Source: Toensbergia leucococca
Lineage: Eukaryota
Direction: 5' to 3'
DNA: 64,000 nucleotides
Assembly (NCBI GenBank): GCA_022813965.1
Contig: JALDZS010000015.1
Span: 62,001-126,000, forward strand
Positions 63,450 through 64,000 of this stretch are shown here, in pieces. The position numbers were made by a program, and so were the translations under genes. Every line of letters begins with the position of its first letter. Within the stretch, counting starts at the first letter, position 1. A model generated the notes under the pieces. The model saw nothing but the letters and a program-made list of their open reading frames with translations, was not told the origin of the DNA and ran no database searches.

Positions 63450-64000
63450 ATGTTGAGATGGTGAGTACATGACAGTGAATACCACTTATACGCACAAATG
63501 CTTACATCATCTTACGCTCAGGTATCAGATGAGGCTTGCTCAGCGCCCGCTGCTCACCCAAAGCATTACCACGGCCGTTAGTCAAGTCAACCCGAGGTTT
63601 GAGGCTTAGAGTCATTCTAATGATTCCATTTGTTTGCTTAGGTGCTCTTCGCGACCGGTGATGTCATGGCACAGCAAGCAGTTGAGAGGGTAGGGGTCGA
63701 GAAGCACAACTTGGCACGCACGGGACGTATGGCATTATACGGTGGTGGTGTGTCCACCTCTTATCATATCAATAATTGCAATACTTCATCGGACCTCTGA
63801 TTTGCTGACTCTTGATCCAAATTGTATAGCCGTCTTCGGCCCCGTTGCGACCACCTGGTTCAAGTTCCTCCAAGAAAAGATTGTCCTCAAAAACGCCAAT
63901 GCCACCATTGCAGCACGCGTCATGGCAGACCAATGCATATTTGCACCCACCAACATGTTTGTCTTCTTGAGCAGTATGGCGCTCATGGAGGGAAGCAGCC
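63450..64000 (+). CDS. SYM1: Mpv17/PMP22 family protein, 3'-truncated
   Basis: [58 protein letters not shown]. Confidence 0.92.

Overview
Eukaryotic, intron-containing DNA from a filamentous ascomycete (Pezizomycotina). Short GT-AG introns with CTRAC/CTAAY branch sites are seen throughout; the exact class cannot be fixed from sequence alone. About 29 protein-coding loci are present. Core genes include a TUM1-like sulfurtransferase (partial), GPI14, TRAX, NBS1, FPR2, an Srs2-like helicase, RPS2, BolA, an acyl-CoA synthetase, NPT1, an SSO syntaxin and SYM1 (partial). A more accessory-looking block lies at ~36.5-53.5 kb. Highlights: (1) an otherwise intact protein kinase gene with one in-frame TAG at a probable Trp position, in a hairpin and sequence context typical of fungal A-to-I stop-codon correction; (2) a WD40 + coiled-coil protein that looks like NEDD1/GCP-WD, a gamma-tubulin adaptor usually considered absent from ascomycetes; (3) repeated abrupt C/A-rich to G/T-rich skew inversions independent of gene orientation; (4) a solo LTR with a perfect TSD inside an 89-bp tandem repeat; (5) a duplicated upstream segment shared by the kinase and a FAD monooxygenase; (6) an intron-containing retropepsin-like gene; (7) a USP protease with exon-repeated NLS-like modules. 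No rRNA, tRNA or CRISPR features were seen. All calls come from reading the sequence by eye; no database searches were run.
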